From a virus (lineage: Duplodnaviria > Caudoviricetes), in IMG/VR virus record IMGVR_UViG_3300017754_002224, positions 1 to 29,617 of that record: a DNA stretch of 29,617 nucleotides; one strand, given 5' to 3'. The position numbers were made by a program, and so were the translations under genes. Of the stretch, positions 1 to 7,853 are shown piece by piece. The notes below the pieces were generated by a model. That model did no database searches, had not been told where the DNA came from, and was given only the letters and a program-made list of their open reading frames with translations. The first letter of the stretch is position 1; each line of letters begins with the position of its first letter.

Positions 1-162
1 AAAAATTTCAATATAAATTTTACCCGATCCAACAGGAGTGGATACCTGAAGTATAGCAGTTTATTTGAATAGGTTACCGCACCACCTACATTAATAATTA
101 TAAGGAAATTTACCAAAGTTTCAAAATATCTGTAAAAATTTTTTTATTTTGATTATTTTTCT

Positions 163-170
163 TAAATTTG
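163..170 (+). promoter_or_regulatory. Bacteroidota sigma70-type -7 promoter element (TAAATTTG)
   Basis: Exact TAnnTTTG match 21 nt upstream of the ATG at 192. The -33 element is imperfect. Confidence 0.5.
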
Positions 171-191
171 TTTATAATTAAACATAACAAT

Positions 192-470
192 ATGGCAAAC
201 AAACAAGACTACGAGAATCTACAAATGGGATTTGATAGAACTCAACTGTACAAAGAGTACACACAACCTCAAATTAACAGATCAACTGCGTTACAAGCAA
301 CTATGAACTGGTGTAAAGTGAATCAATATAAATTGGATTTACCTGAAATCATCGCGTTGACTAATAAATTTGTTCAATATATTGAAACAGGTGATACATC
401 TTGGATGAAGAAAACTGAAAAGTATTTAAAAGAAAAGGTACAGGAAATAGACGGGATATTTATAGACTAA
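192..470 (+). CDS. hypothetical phage protein (92 aa)
   Basis: ORF track gives 168..470. ATG at 192 in an A-rich context (AACAATATG) is preferred to the TTG at 168, which lies inside the promoter box. A terminator follows. Confidence 0.75.
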   Translation: MANKQDYENLQMGFDRTQLYKEYTQPQINRSTALQATMNWCKVNQYKLDLPEIIALTNKFVQYIETGDTSWMKKTEKYLKEKVQEIDGIFID

Positions 471-490
471 CAAACCTAGACTGAAGATTA

Positions 491-530
491 GGGGGTTTCG
501 GGGTGGTGTTCCTGATTCCCCCTTTTTTTT
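491..530 (+). terminator. Rho-independent terminator
   Basis: GGGGG...CCCCC stem followed by a T8 run, just after the ORF ending at 470. Confidence 0.7.
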
Positions 531-540
531 ACAAAATATT

Positions 541-571
541 TTGACTTTTTAATTTTTTTTCTTATATTTAT
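541..571 (+). promoter_or_regulatory. putative phage promoter TTGACT-N16-TATATTTAT
   Basis: Same TATATT core as found upstream of several late genes. It lies directly before the 572-645 inverted repeat. Confidence 0.45.
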
Positions 572-692
572 TAAAGGAGGCGGGGTTCATATTTTTTATT
601 ATTATACAAAAGCCATATTGTTAGTTCCTAATTCCGCCTCCTTTATTAGTATTTCATAATAAACCCCCTTCTTTTTAGTTGGGGGTTTTTTG
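572..692 (+). ncRNA. putative small RNA: 12-bp stem enclosing a large loop, followed by a terminator
   Basis: TAAAGGAGGCGG (572-583) and CCGCCTCCTTTA (634-645) form a perfect inverted repeat. It is bounded by a promoter-like motif and a terminator and has no credible ORF. Confidence 0.45.
661..691 (+). terminator. Rho-independent terminator
   Basis: AAACCCCC (661-668) pairs with GGGGGTTT (681-688), followed by a T run. Confidence 0.75.
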
Positions 693-741
693 TTGATAAT
701 CAATCAGTTATAACTTTTTTTTAAAAATATTTGAAAATAAA

Positions 742-773
742 TTTGGAATATATAAAATGTCTTCTTAACTTTG
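742..773 (+). promoter_or_regulatory. Bacteroidota housekeeping promoter TTTG-N20-TAACTTTG
   Basis: -33 TTTG at 742-745 and -7 TAACTTTG at 766-773 have canonical spacing, 23 nt upstream of ATG 797. Confidence 0.7.
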
Positions 774-796
774 TGGGACATTAAACAATAAAAGTT

Positions 797-1252
797 ATGA
801 CAACAAAAGTAAAAACAGAATTGACAGCAGCACAAGTTGTAATCAACACTTACCCAACATTCACAGAAATATTTGAGTACGCACTCAAAAACATCGGTGG
901 TGTTAAAGGTAGTATGACACACAGGTTTTACACTACATTATCTGAAGAATATCGTTGGGAGGCGGTAAGTGATTTAGTTGACCTTATGGTAGAACAACAA
1001 CAAGGTAGACCATTCCACAAAACTTATGGTATTAAAGTTAATAAGAACACAGGGTTCTCATCAGACAAGACAGGTAGTGCTATTGTATATGATTTTATGA
1101 AACAAGAACATACCGTTAATGGTGATGAATACCTTGCATTACTTAAAATTATGTCAACACATTGGATGAACTACCAAGGTTTTACTGATGAGATGAATGA
1201 CGCTTACCTTGAGTTTAAATGTGATTTAAAAATTTATAAAATATTAGATTAA
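797..1252 (+). CDS. hypothetical early phage protein (151 aa)
   Basis: Clean ORF with an A-rich start context behind a host-type promoter. No recognised motif. Confidence 0.8.
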   Translation: MTTKVKTELTAAQVVINTYPTFTEIFEYALKNIGGVKGSMTHRFYTTLSEEYRWEAVSDLVDLMVEQQQGRPFHKTYGIKVNKNTGFSSDKTGSAIVYDFMKQEHTVNGDEYLALLKIMSTHWMNYQGFTDEMNDAYLEFKCDLKIYKILD

Positions 1253-1256
1253 TATT

Positions 1257-1382
1257 ATGGCAAATATATTTAACGACTTTAATAAGTTAGTAAATGGTAT
1301 AGATAAAGCCATCAGAATTACTGATAAGTTATTATCGGAAAAACCAAAACCCAAACCGAAACCGAAATCTAAAAAGAAATAA
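1257..1382 (+). CDS. small basic protein (41 aa) with a KP-repeat tail
   Basis: Manual translation: MANIFNDFNKLVNGIDKAIRITDKLLSEKPKPKPKPKSKKK*. It fills the gap between ORFs 797-1252 and 1384-2205 exactly. Confidence 0.65.
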   Translation: MANIFNDFNKLVNGIDKAIRITDKLLSEKPKPKPKPKSKKK

Positions 1383-1383
1383 T

Positions 1384-2205
1384 ATGTCAAAAGAAATAAA
1401 TCCAATTGTACAGGATGTCAATACTCGTTTTGAAATGGTTTATAAAACGACTAAACTATTCTTACAAAACAGAAAAGAAAAAAACAACAAGAATGAAAAA
1501 TATTCAGTTGTAAAAGGTCTATTAATTTGTGGTGATGCTGGTACAGGTAAAACCCATTGGGTAACTAAAGGATGTATTGATGCGAAAAAAACAGAGGATG
1601 TTAAACCTATTAAAGGATCAATTACTGCCGCAGCTTTATTTGTTGCATTATATATGTACAGAGAAGAAGGTAAAGTATTAATGTTAGATGATTGTGATAT
1701 TTTAAGTTTACAAGCAAAAGAAAGGTCAGCAATTATTGATATGTTTAAAGCAGCAACTGAACCAACAACCGATAAAAGAATTATTAGTTGGGAACGTGCA
1801 CAAAGAAATCCATTAATGGTTGCAAACGATGTACCAACTTCTTTTGATTTTCAAGGTTCAATTGTTTGGATTACAAATGATTCAGTTGATAGTTTAAAAC
1901 TTAAACTAAAAGGTCATTGGGCGGCGTTAGATAGTAGATTTATCACTATTCCAATTGTTTTAAATCAACAAGAAAGATTATTATATACTTTATATTTAAT
2001 TGAAGAAATTGGTATGTTAGGTAAAAATTGTCAAGCTAAGGAAGGTGGATTCCCAATCAAGATTCAAAATGAAACAATTAATTATTTAAATAAGAATTAT
2101 CAAACTATTAGTGAGATTAGTCCTCGTATGGCAATTAAAATTGCTGATACTATTTATAATCATCCATCTGATTGGAAGAAATATTTACAAATTCAAATTA
2201 GTTAA
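1384..2205 (+). CDS. phage AAA+ ATPase
   Basis: Walker A GDAGTGKT, Walker B VLMLDDCD, sensor-like WITN and Arg-finger-like ALDSR. Confidence 0.85.
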   Translation: MSKEINPIVQDVNTRFEMVYKTTKLFLQNRKEKNNKNEKYSVVKGLLICGDAGTGKTHWVTKGCIDAKKTEDVKPIKGSITAAALFVALYMYREEGKVLMLDDCDILSLQAKERSAIIDMFKAATEPTTDKRIISWERAQRNPLMVANDVPTSFDFQGSIVWITNDSVDSLKLKLKGHWAALDSRFITIPIVLNQQERLLYTLYLIEEIGMLGKNCQAKEGGFPIKIQNETINYLNKNYQTISEISPRMAIKIADTIYNHPSDWKKYLQIQIS

Positions 2206-2207
2206 TT

Positions 2208-2912
2208 ATGAAAGATAAAGAAATTGTATGGGGTTCTATTCCAATTAAAGGATTGGAAGATGGTGATTTTAATAAATTTCCAATAGAATATTTTAATCGT
2301 TCTGACGCACACAAAGGTAGAATTGTTTCTAATGAAACTCGTGAAAAATTTTCTAAAATTCATAAAGGAAAAAAAATTTCTGATGAACAAAAACGAAAAC
2401 AATCTGAATTATTAAAAGGTAAAAAATTTTCAGAGGAACATAAACAAAAAATTGGTGCAAAACATAAAGGTAAAATTGTATCAGAAAATACAAGAAAAAA
2501 ACTTTCAAAAATAAATAAAGGAAAAAAACTTTCAGAAGAAGCAAAAGAAAAATGTCGTCAATCCTCTATTGGTGTAAATTTAGGTAGAAAACATACTCAA
2601 GAAACTAAGGATAAATTATCTAAAGCGAGAATTGGAACTAAGGCTTCAGAAGAAACGAAAAAGAAATTATCTGAATCACAAAAGAAAAGAACAAATCATT
2701 TTAATGAAGAGGCAATTAAAAATAGATTAGAAAAAAATCAAAAACCTATTTTATGTTATAGTCTACCTGATATGAAATTAATTTGTGAATATAAAAGTAT
2801 TAATGACGCAGCGACAGATTTAAAAAGAAATAGAGGTGGAATCATTAAAATATTAAAAGGTCAGATTAAACAACCAAGAAATATAACTTTTATATATAAA
2901 GACATTAGTTAA
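2208..2912 (+). CDS. NUMOD3-repeat / NUMOD1 DNA-binding protein (homing-endonuclease-derived, no nuclease domain seen)
   Basis: About 7 repeats of ~17 aa (e.g. HKGKKISDEQKRK, NKGKKLSEEAKEK) and a C-terminal NUMOD1-like HTH (EYKSINDAATDL). No GIY-YIG or HNH motif. Confidence 0.8.
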   Translation: MKDKEIVWGSIPIKGLEDGDFNKFPIEYFNRSDAHKGRIVSNETREKFSKIHKGKKISDEQKRKQSELLKGKKFSEEHKQKIGAKHKGKIVSENTRKKLSKINKGKKLSEEAKEKCRQSSIGVNLGRKHTQETKDKLSKARIGTKASEETKKKLSESQKKRTNHFNEEAIKNRLEKNQKPILCYSLPDMKLICEYKSINDAATDLKRNRGGIIKILKGQIKQPRNITFIYKDIS

Positions 2913-2933
2913 GTTCTCATAACTCTTAACTAT

Positions 2934-2972
2934 AAACCCCGTTCAGTTTTTTTATTCTGACGGGGTTTTTTT
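2934..2972. terminator. terminator between convergent early and late units (possibly bidirectional)
   Basis: AAACCCCGTTCAG...CTGACGGGGTTTTTTT stem with a T tail, at the strand switch. Confidence 0.75.
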
Positions 2973-2984
2973 AGATATCTACGC

Positions 2985-3040
2985 GAATATTGTTTCGCAT
3001 AGAATATGTTAGTTTTCTAAATGAATATTGTTTCGCATAG
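2985..3040. repeat. 18-bp perfect direct repeat GAATATTGTTTCGCATAG x2 (20-bp spacer)
   Basis: Copies at 2985-3002 and 3023-3040. Confidence 0.9.
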
Positions 3041-3041
3041 T

Positions 3042-3479
3042 TTACTTACCTTCATCCCACTTACCCTTACAAACAGCATAAGCTTGTCCTTCTTGGTCGT
3101 ATTCATCTGAGATGTCACTAATACATCTACTGATATAGGTTGGCTCATCTTCACCACCTTCTGGTGACGGTATCACAAAATCTTGTTTAGATTGTTTTTC
3201 TTCAGGTACACAATTTGGAACTACTCTACCATCCATTTCTTTTGTACCAATTGCGATGTATCCTGGCCAACAAGCGTTTTCTAAACTATCACCTTCAGCA
3301 AAATCTGTTTGATAGTTTGCTTTAATCCATCCACATATTCTCTTAGCAGTCTCTTCGTCACCATAACGTTCTGTTTGATCAGCAATACAATCATCCCAAG
3401 GATAATCAGCAAGTTCAACTGGTTTCTTAATTTTACCGAATGAATTTTTTCTTAATTTAACGATTTGTTCTAATTTCAT
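3042..3479 (-). CDS. small modular protein with three two-Cys mini-domains (putative head-associated)
   Basis: YPWDDCI...KRICGWIK; CWPGY...DGRVVPNCVP; IPSP...YISRCIS...QAYAVC...W. These motif types recur in head-module proteins of aquatic phages. Confidence 0.7.
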   Translation of the reverse strand: MKLEQIVKLRKNSFGKIKKPVELADYPWDDCIADQTERYGDEETAKRICGWIKANYQTDFAEGDSLENACWPGYIAIGTKEMDGRVVPNCVPEEKQSKQDFVIPSPEGGEDEPTYISRCISDISDEYDQEGQAYAVCKGKWDEGK

Positions 3480-3691
3480 TTGACTAATTTTCTAAATTTT
3501 TGTAGAGGTAATTCCTCGTTTGTTAAGAAGATAGAAGAGTAGTTATGGTGTATCCAATTGTACAATTCTACTTCGTTTATTTTATATTTCTTTTCTAAAT
3601 TCATATCCAACAATCTATCATAATAACTAACTTTTAAACCTAAATTTAATTCGTCTTCTGTTGGATGTGGTAATACGTAATCTACATTCAT
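3476..3691 (-). CDS. hypothetical protein (71 aa)
   Basis: Overlapping stop/start junctions on both sides within the late operon. Confidence 0.7.
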   Translation of the reverse strand: MNVDYVLPHPTEDELNLGLKVSYYDRLLDMNLEKKYKINEVELYNWIHHNYSSIFLTNEELPLQKFRKLVK

Positions 3692-3939
3692 TATATTGTT
3701 CCTCTTTTTAATTTTTGATTTTCTTGTTTTAAACTATCGATTGTTGCCTCTAATCTTACGATATGACTTGTAAGTTCTTCCACCTTTTTAGATAAGTCGT
3801 CGATAACTACTTGATAAATCCTAATAGACTTTTCAAGGTTTTCTAAACGACCACCTTCAATTTCGTTCTGTGATTTTTTGTATCCGACAAAGTAACCAAT
3901 TGCTGTGGTTATTACTGTCATTATAATTTGTTCTATCAT
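3691..3939 (-). CDS. membrane-anchored coiled-coil protein (holin-like), 82 aa
   Basis: Start revised to ATG 3939, just after the upstream stop at 3941-3943. N-terminal hydrophobic helix IIMTVITTAIGYFVGY then a heptad coiled coil. Confidence 0.6.
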   Translation of the reverse strand: MIEQIIMTVITTAIGYFVGYKKSQNEIEGGRLENLEKSIRIYQVVIDDLSKKVEELTSHIVRLEATIDSLKQENQKLKRGTI

Positions 3940-3940
3940 A

Positions 3941-4558
3941 TTAGTAGCAGTCCTGACAAGGAGGGTTTTCGTGTTGTAATTCGGAATAGACATAAAACTT
4001 CTTATCCAAATTTTGAGTTGAATATCCTTTACGAGTTGTGTGACGTAAGTATATACCATTATTATATTTCTGACTTCTATCAGGAATCATACCATCAATA
4101 GTAGATTGCGAAACATATGAAGGGAATTGATTTTGTCCTCTACCAATCAATAGATAATCTTGAAGACGAGTCATATAGAAATCTGCACGCTGTTTCTGTA
4201 TGGTTCTAAGATACTTCATCGTATCTATGTTTACAGATGTTGCTGACTCCATAGTCCCTTCTACAATCCCCCTATTCATCGTTCTGTACATCAAATGTGG
4301 TATTGCTTGGAAATAGGCTTGTTGAATCAAGAATGGTTGTACGTATTCTGTAATTAAAGTTGTTTCAGCTGCGTTAAATGTGTTACCTGTTGCAGATACT
4401 TGTGACAATAAATGATTATAGAACTTAGTTCCCAATATGGTTTGTAAGTCTATATCTTGTGCGATTTGAACCTCCGCTTTAAGAACGTCCATATCTACGT
4501 TTTTATTGATGTTCGTGAAATTTTTCAGTTTCACTTCTGATATTAATAATACACCCAT
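3941..4558 (-). CDS. head-tail adaptor/connector protein
   Basis: Follows the portal. LLISE..LK..T.I..NVD...AQD..LQ.ILGT..Y pattern typical of Bacteroidota phage adaptors. Confidence 0.6.
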   Translation of the reverse strand: MGVLLISEVKLKNFTNINKNVDMDVLKAEVQIAQDIDLQTILGTKFYNHLLSQVSATGNTFNAAETTLITEYVQPFLIQQAYFQAIPHLMYRTMNRGIVEGTMESATSVNIDTMKYLRTIQKQRADFYMTRLQDYLLIGRGQNQFPSYVSQSTIDGMIPDRSQKYNNGIYLRHTTRKGYSTQNLDKKFYVYSELQHENPPCQDCY

Positions 4559-4559
4559 A

Positions 4560-5714
4560 TTATACTAATGTTGGAGTTACTGGTTTATCATCCACTACTG
4601 GATTTTCTTTGACGTCACCTGTTAAGAATAAACTTAATGGTTTAATTTCAAATGTTGTTGGTCTTTCAAATTTAAGAGATACCAATTTATCGAAAACTGG
4701 TAATAGACAATTTTGGTATGGCATAATAACCATCTTACGGAAATACTCAGAGTGTTCTGTAATCTCATTTGCACCACCCAATCTACCAGCTGTTGCAATA
4801 CCAAATAACTCAGCACTTGATACTCTGTGTGATGATAAGATTGAACGGGTAATATCGTCTGTAATTTGTGCGTAATATGTATCGTTGTCGTTTCTTGGAA
4901 TTTGAGTGATTACAGGAGATTGGTCTTGTGATTCATTGAATGAAATGATTGCTTGACCTGCGTTGTCAGTTCCACCATATTGTGATTCCAACGCTCTTAC
5001 AAGATCTCTTTGTTCTTCTTCCTGCGGGATTCCGTTATTGTAATTAATCCAAAGACTTGGCATCATTCCTTTCCTAAGATTATTCATATAGAAGTTTTTA
5101 ATTTCTACATCTGTTTCCATACTTCTTTGACCAGCTGACCAGTCAGGAATTGGATAATAAGACATCGATGGAATGTAGTTCTTGTAATAGTAAATTTGAT
5201 TTGGGTCCTTCTCGTTTTGTGAGAACGCCTTAATTTCTACTGGTGGATATTTCTTGATGTTCCTCCATTCAGGAGAATAGTAATAACAATCAATCTTATC
5301 CTCCTCGTTCAATTTACCTGAACGTACTCTTGAAAAGTCTAAGTGATAAATCTCAGCAATTGACTTTCTATCTTTAGCCCAAATAACATTCAAACAAAAT
5401 CCTCCGAACAACATAAAGTCCAAAGCACATTTTCTCATTACCTCAGATACGTTTTCGGATTCGTTAATTAGATTAACTGAAGCCATAGGGTTGTTCAAAG
5501 AAACAACACCATCACCCATTATTTGGTTTACCTTAGATATTACGACAGCTTTGTGAATTGCACAGTTGTCAAAAAGTTCAATAAAATATTGAGGTAACAA
5601 GTTATTTTCACCATAGAAAACCCAAGGTGAACGTTGTAAAACCTCAGCATAAACTGGAACTGTGGCCTTTTCAAATTTGATATTTTTAAATTGTGTCATT
5701 TTAATTTCACTCAT
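4560..5714 (-). CDS. portal protein
   Basis: WV.YGENNL.PQY...AIHKAV; D...FGG; YYP.PDW; N....G..PS; GT.NAG; I...HRV.S..LFGI motifs of HK97-like portals in Bacteroidota phages. Confidence 0.85.
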   Translation of the reverse strand: MSEIKMTQFKNIKFEKATVPVYAEVLQRSPWVFYGENNLLPQYFIELFDNCAIHKAVVISKVNQIMGDGVVSLNNPMASVNLINESENVSEVMRKCALDFMLFGGFCLNVIWAKDRKSIAEIYHLDFSRVRSGKLNEEDKIDCYYYSPEWRNIKKYPPVEIKAFSQNEKDPNQIYYYKNYIPSMSYYPIPDWSAGQRSMETDVEIKNFYMNNLRKGMMPSLWINYNNGIPQEEEQRDLVRALESQYGGTDNAGQAIISFNESQDQSPVITQIPRNDNDTYYAQITDDITRSILSSHRVSSAELFGIATAGRLGGANEITEHSEYFRKMVIMPYQNCLLPVFDKLVSLKFERPTTFEIKPLSLFLTGDVKENPVVDDKPVTPTLV

Positions 5715-5716
5715 AG

Positions 5717-6085
5717 TTAATCTTGTATATAGATATAATTTTCATTTACTTCATTCGGAGAGATATATTGTGTGAATGGATGACTTTCTTGAGTACCTTG
5801 CAATATTGCAATACCCTTGAAAACGTTGGTTGTCTGATCCCCGTAAATGTTTAGTTCGTATTCACCTAAATAGTTTAAATCGTCTGTATCTAATGGTAAC
5901 ACAATTTCACAATAACGAATATTTTGACCGTATTGTGCTGGATTAGATTTGGAAACTGTATATGATTTAGATTCCTTACTCATAATATGTACAAAGTTCA
6001 AAGTATAACCCGTAAAAGTATCCCTACTATTGTTGTTTATATTAAGAACTAATGTATTTTCCTGTCCTTTTTGTATGTATAACAT
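5717..6085 (-). CDS. putative head-closure/structural protein (122 aa)
   Basis: Start revised to ATG 6085, downstream of a promoter-like motif. Beta-rich, and lies between tail tube and portal. Confidence 0.55.
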   Translation of the reverse strand: MLYIQKGQENTLVLNINNNSRDTFTGYTLNFVHIMSKESKSYTVSKSNPAQYGQNIRYCEIVLPLDTDDLNYLGEYELNIYGDQTTNVFKGIAILQGTQESHPFTQYISPNEVNENYIYIQD

Positions 6086-6139
6086 ATTATCTTTCTTACT
6101 ATTAAATATAAAAAAAATGATTTTGAATTGGTATAGCAT

Positions 6140-6170
6140 AAAAAAAAGGGGACATAAGCCCCCTTCTTTT
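6140..6170 (-). terminator. Rho-independent terminator after the tail tube gene
   Basis: AAGGGG...CCCCTT stem. The A run at 6140-6147 gives a U tail on the minus strand. Confidence 0.75.
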
Positions 6171-6206
6171 AGATAGAGTATAGAAATTCGGTCAAAGACC
6201 TACGAT

Positions 6207-6788
6207 TTACACTTCTACGATGTTTCCAAAGATTGACTCTAAGTACGCATCACCAGTTACGTTATTAGCATCTAAAGATGTACTAACTAATGTATTAGCT
6301 GGAGTATTTTCTTGACCTGTGAAGATTAATTCAAATCCGTTTCTATCACCGTACGCTGTACCTGTTGCAGCAGAACCACCACTTAAATACATCCCGTGAA
6401 CTTGACCTAACAAGTAGAACGCATTATTTTGGTCTTGTGCAATGATTTGTATTTTATCGTTTTGTGATAATACCTTTAATTTATTTCTCTTCTCTTGGTC
6501 GTAACGGAACAAGATAGCTGTAAGAACTTGTTCGAAGAAGATTGTTCCATTTTCGAAGTTCTTTTGTACGTTTTGTGCTAAAGAAGAAGTATTTCTCTTT
6601 AACTCAAATCCATAAAGTGTTGTACCAGCAACTGAAGTTGCACCAGTGATTGCACCATCTGCATCATAAGTGTAACCAGAAACTCCACCAAGAGTTGTAC
6701 CAGTACCACCTACTACCCAGATTTTTTTGACACCACCAATACCATCAGAACATCCAAATACTTCACCTGAAGTTATATAACAAGACAT
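6207..6788 (-). CDS. major tail (tube) protein
   Basis: MSC...C...GG.K.....ENGT.FFEQ.L pattern, 193 aa, immediately after the MCP as in Bacteroidota siphoviruses. Confidence 0.65.
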   Translation of the reverse strand: MSCYITSGEVFGCSDGIGGVKKIWVVGGTGTTLGGVSGYTYDADGAITGATSVAGTTLYGFELKRNTSSLAQNVQKNFENGTIFFEQVLTAILFRYDQEKRNKLKVLSQNDKIQIIAQDQNNAFYLLGQVHGMYLSGGSAATGTAYGDRNGFELIFTGQENTPANTLVSTSLDANNVTGDAYLESIFGNIVEV

Positions 6789-6826
6789 AATTTATATGTT
6801 TAATTTTTTGTGTTTATGTTTTTTTA

Positions 6827-6845
6827 AAGGGGACTTTCACCCCTT
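6827..6845 (-). other. intergenic hairpin between capsid and tail tube genes (weak terminator or stabiliser)
   Basis: Minus strand AAGGGG-TGAAAGT-CCCCTT with only a short U tail. Confidence 0.5.
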
Positions 6846-6872
6846 ATGTTTTTATATTTTGTGTTTCTTAGA

Positions 6873-7835
6873 TTATGCTAAGTTGTTTGTTGCGAAGTAC
6901 GCTGTTGAACCAAATGTTGCAATTTGTGCACCATAGTTATAGTTCGCTCTTAAACGTAATTCATCAAAATCCTTAGAGTACCAGATTACTAACTTTTCGT
7001 GATCTGACAATAAGTCAAAACCTACTACGATGTATTCTCTTGGTCCAATTACTACTTGGTTAGAAGCGTTCAAACCGATAGTTGGAACAACTTTAACGTT
7101 AGTGTTTGGATGAGTAGCTTCCATCATTGCTGTAATATCAGTACCACCGATATAGTTCGCGAAGAAGTTTGCTCTTGTTAAAGCTTGTACATATAAACGG
7201 AAGTTCGCGTAAGACATAAATACTACTAAGTCTTCTCTGCTCATCGCGTTGTCATCTAATACGTTGATTAACTTATCTACTTCTGTAATTGGGTTACCAC
7301 TTACACCGTAAGCTGCAGAAGAACTGAAAGTAACACCACTTGAGTTAGCAACACCAGTTGTTCCTGTAGAAATCAACACTTTGAAACCGTTGAAACAAGA
7401 AGTACCAGTTGTAGCTTGCCACAATTGTTGTTCAATTCTTTGTTGGATTTGTTTAACTTTTAAATCAGCAATTTGTTGTTCAAATGGAACTGACTCAGAT
7501 GTTTGACCTGGAGCCATTAACATTGATTGGTATGTATCATACAAATCTTTGTAACATAAAGCTTCATTATACTTTTCAGGACAAGTTGTGATATTAGCTT
7601 GTGTGAAAGTTGTAGTACCAGATGGTTCCCATCCACAAGTACCATCGTTGAAAAACGCTGTAGAGTTTAAAAGGTTCAACGCTTGTGTTCCTTTAATACC
7701 TAAACGTACGTTTGCGTAACGTGCAGTTGTACCGCCGATTAACGCTTTAGAAAGCAATTCTCCGCCTACTTGGTCAACATATGAACCAATACTAGCGACG
7801 TTGTATGCAAATTCTTCTTTTGATAAAATTTTCAT
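6873..7835 (-). CDS. major capsid protein (HK97-like)
   Basis: 320 aa, follows the protease and scaffold genes. Pattern ...C.KDL..TY....PG....VPFEQ.I... and C-terminal V.G.DLLSD...WYSKD.DE.R. Confidence 0.8.
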   Translation of the reverse strand: MKILSKEEFAYNVASIGSYVDQVGGELLSKALIGGTTARYANVRLGIKGTQALNLLNSTAFFNDGTCGWEPSGTTTFTQANITTCPEKYNEALCYKDLYDTYQSMLMAPGQTSESVPFEQQIADLKVKQIQQRIEQQLWQATTGTSCFNGFKVLISTGTTGVANSSGVTFSSSAAYGVSGNPITEVDKLINVLDDNAMSREDLVVFMSYANFRLYVQALTRANFFANYIGGTDITAMMEATHPNTNVKVVPTIGLNASNQVVIGPREYIVVGFDLLSDHEKLVIWYSKDFDELRLRANYNYGAQIATFGSTAYFATNNLA

Positions 7836-7853
7836 TTTCTTATTTGTTTTTAA

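Noticed and set aside
21-90. Short hairpins (ATCCA/TGGAT; TAGGT/ACCTA) at the window edge
   Set aside because: 5-bp stems are expected by chance and the context is truncated, so an RNA element cannot be supported.
704-2544. Minus-strand ORFs 704-922, 2202-2402 and 2353-2544
   Set aside because: Antisense to real genes, Phe-rich by complementarity to Lys-rich sequence.
2985-3040. Mini-CRISPR array
   Set aside because: Only two 18-bp repeats with a 20-bp spacer, both below CRISPR size ranges, and no cas genes in the window.
3476-3939. Complete lysis cassette
   Set aside because: Only a holin-like membrane/coiled-coil ORF is present; no endolysin motif was recognised.
3940-4059. N-terminal extension of ORF 3691-4059 (likewise 6086-6139 and 27430-27522)
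   Set aside because: These overlap upstream genes or promoter/terminator DNA. Internal ATGs with typical context are better starts.
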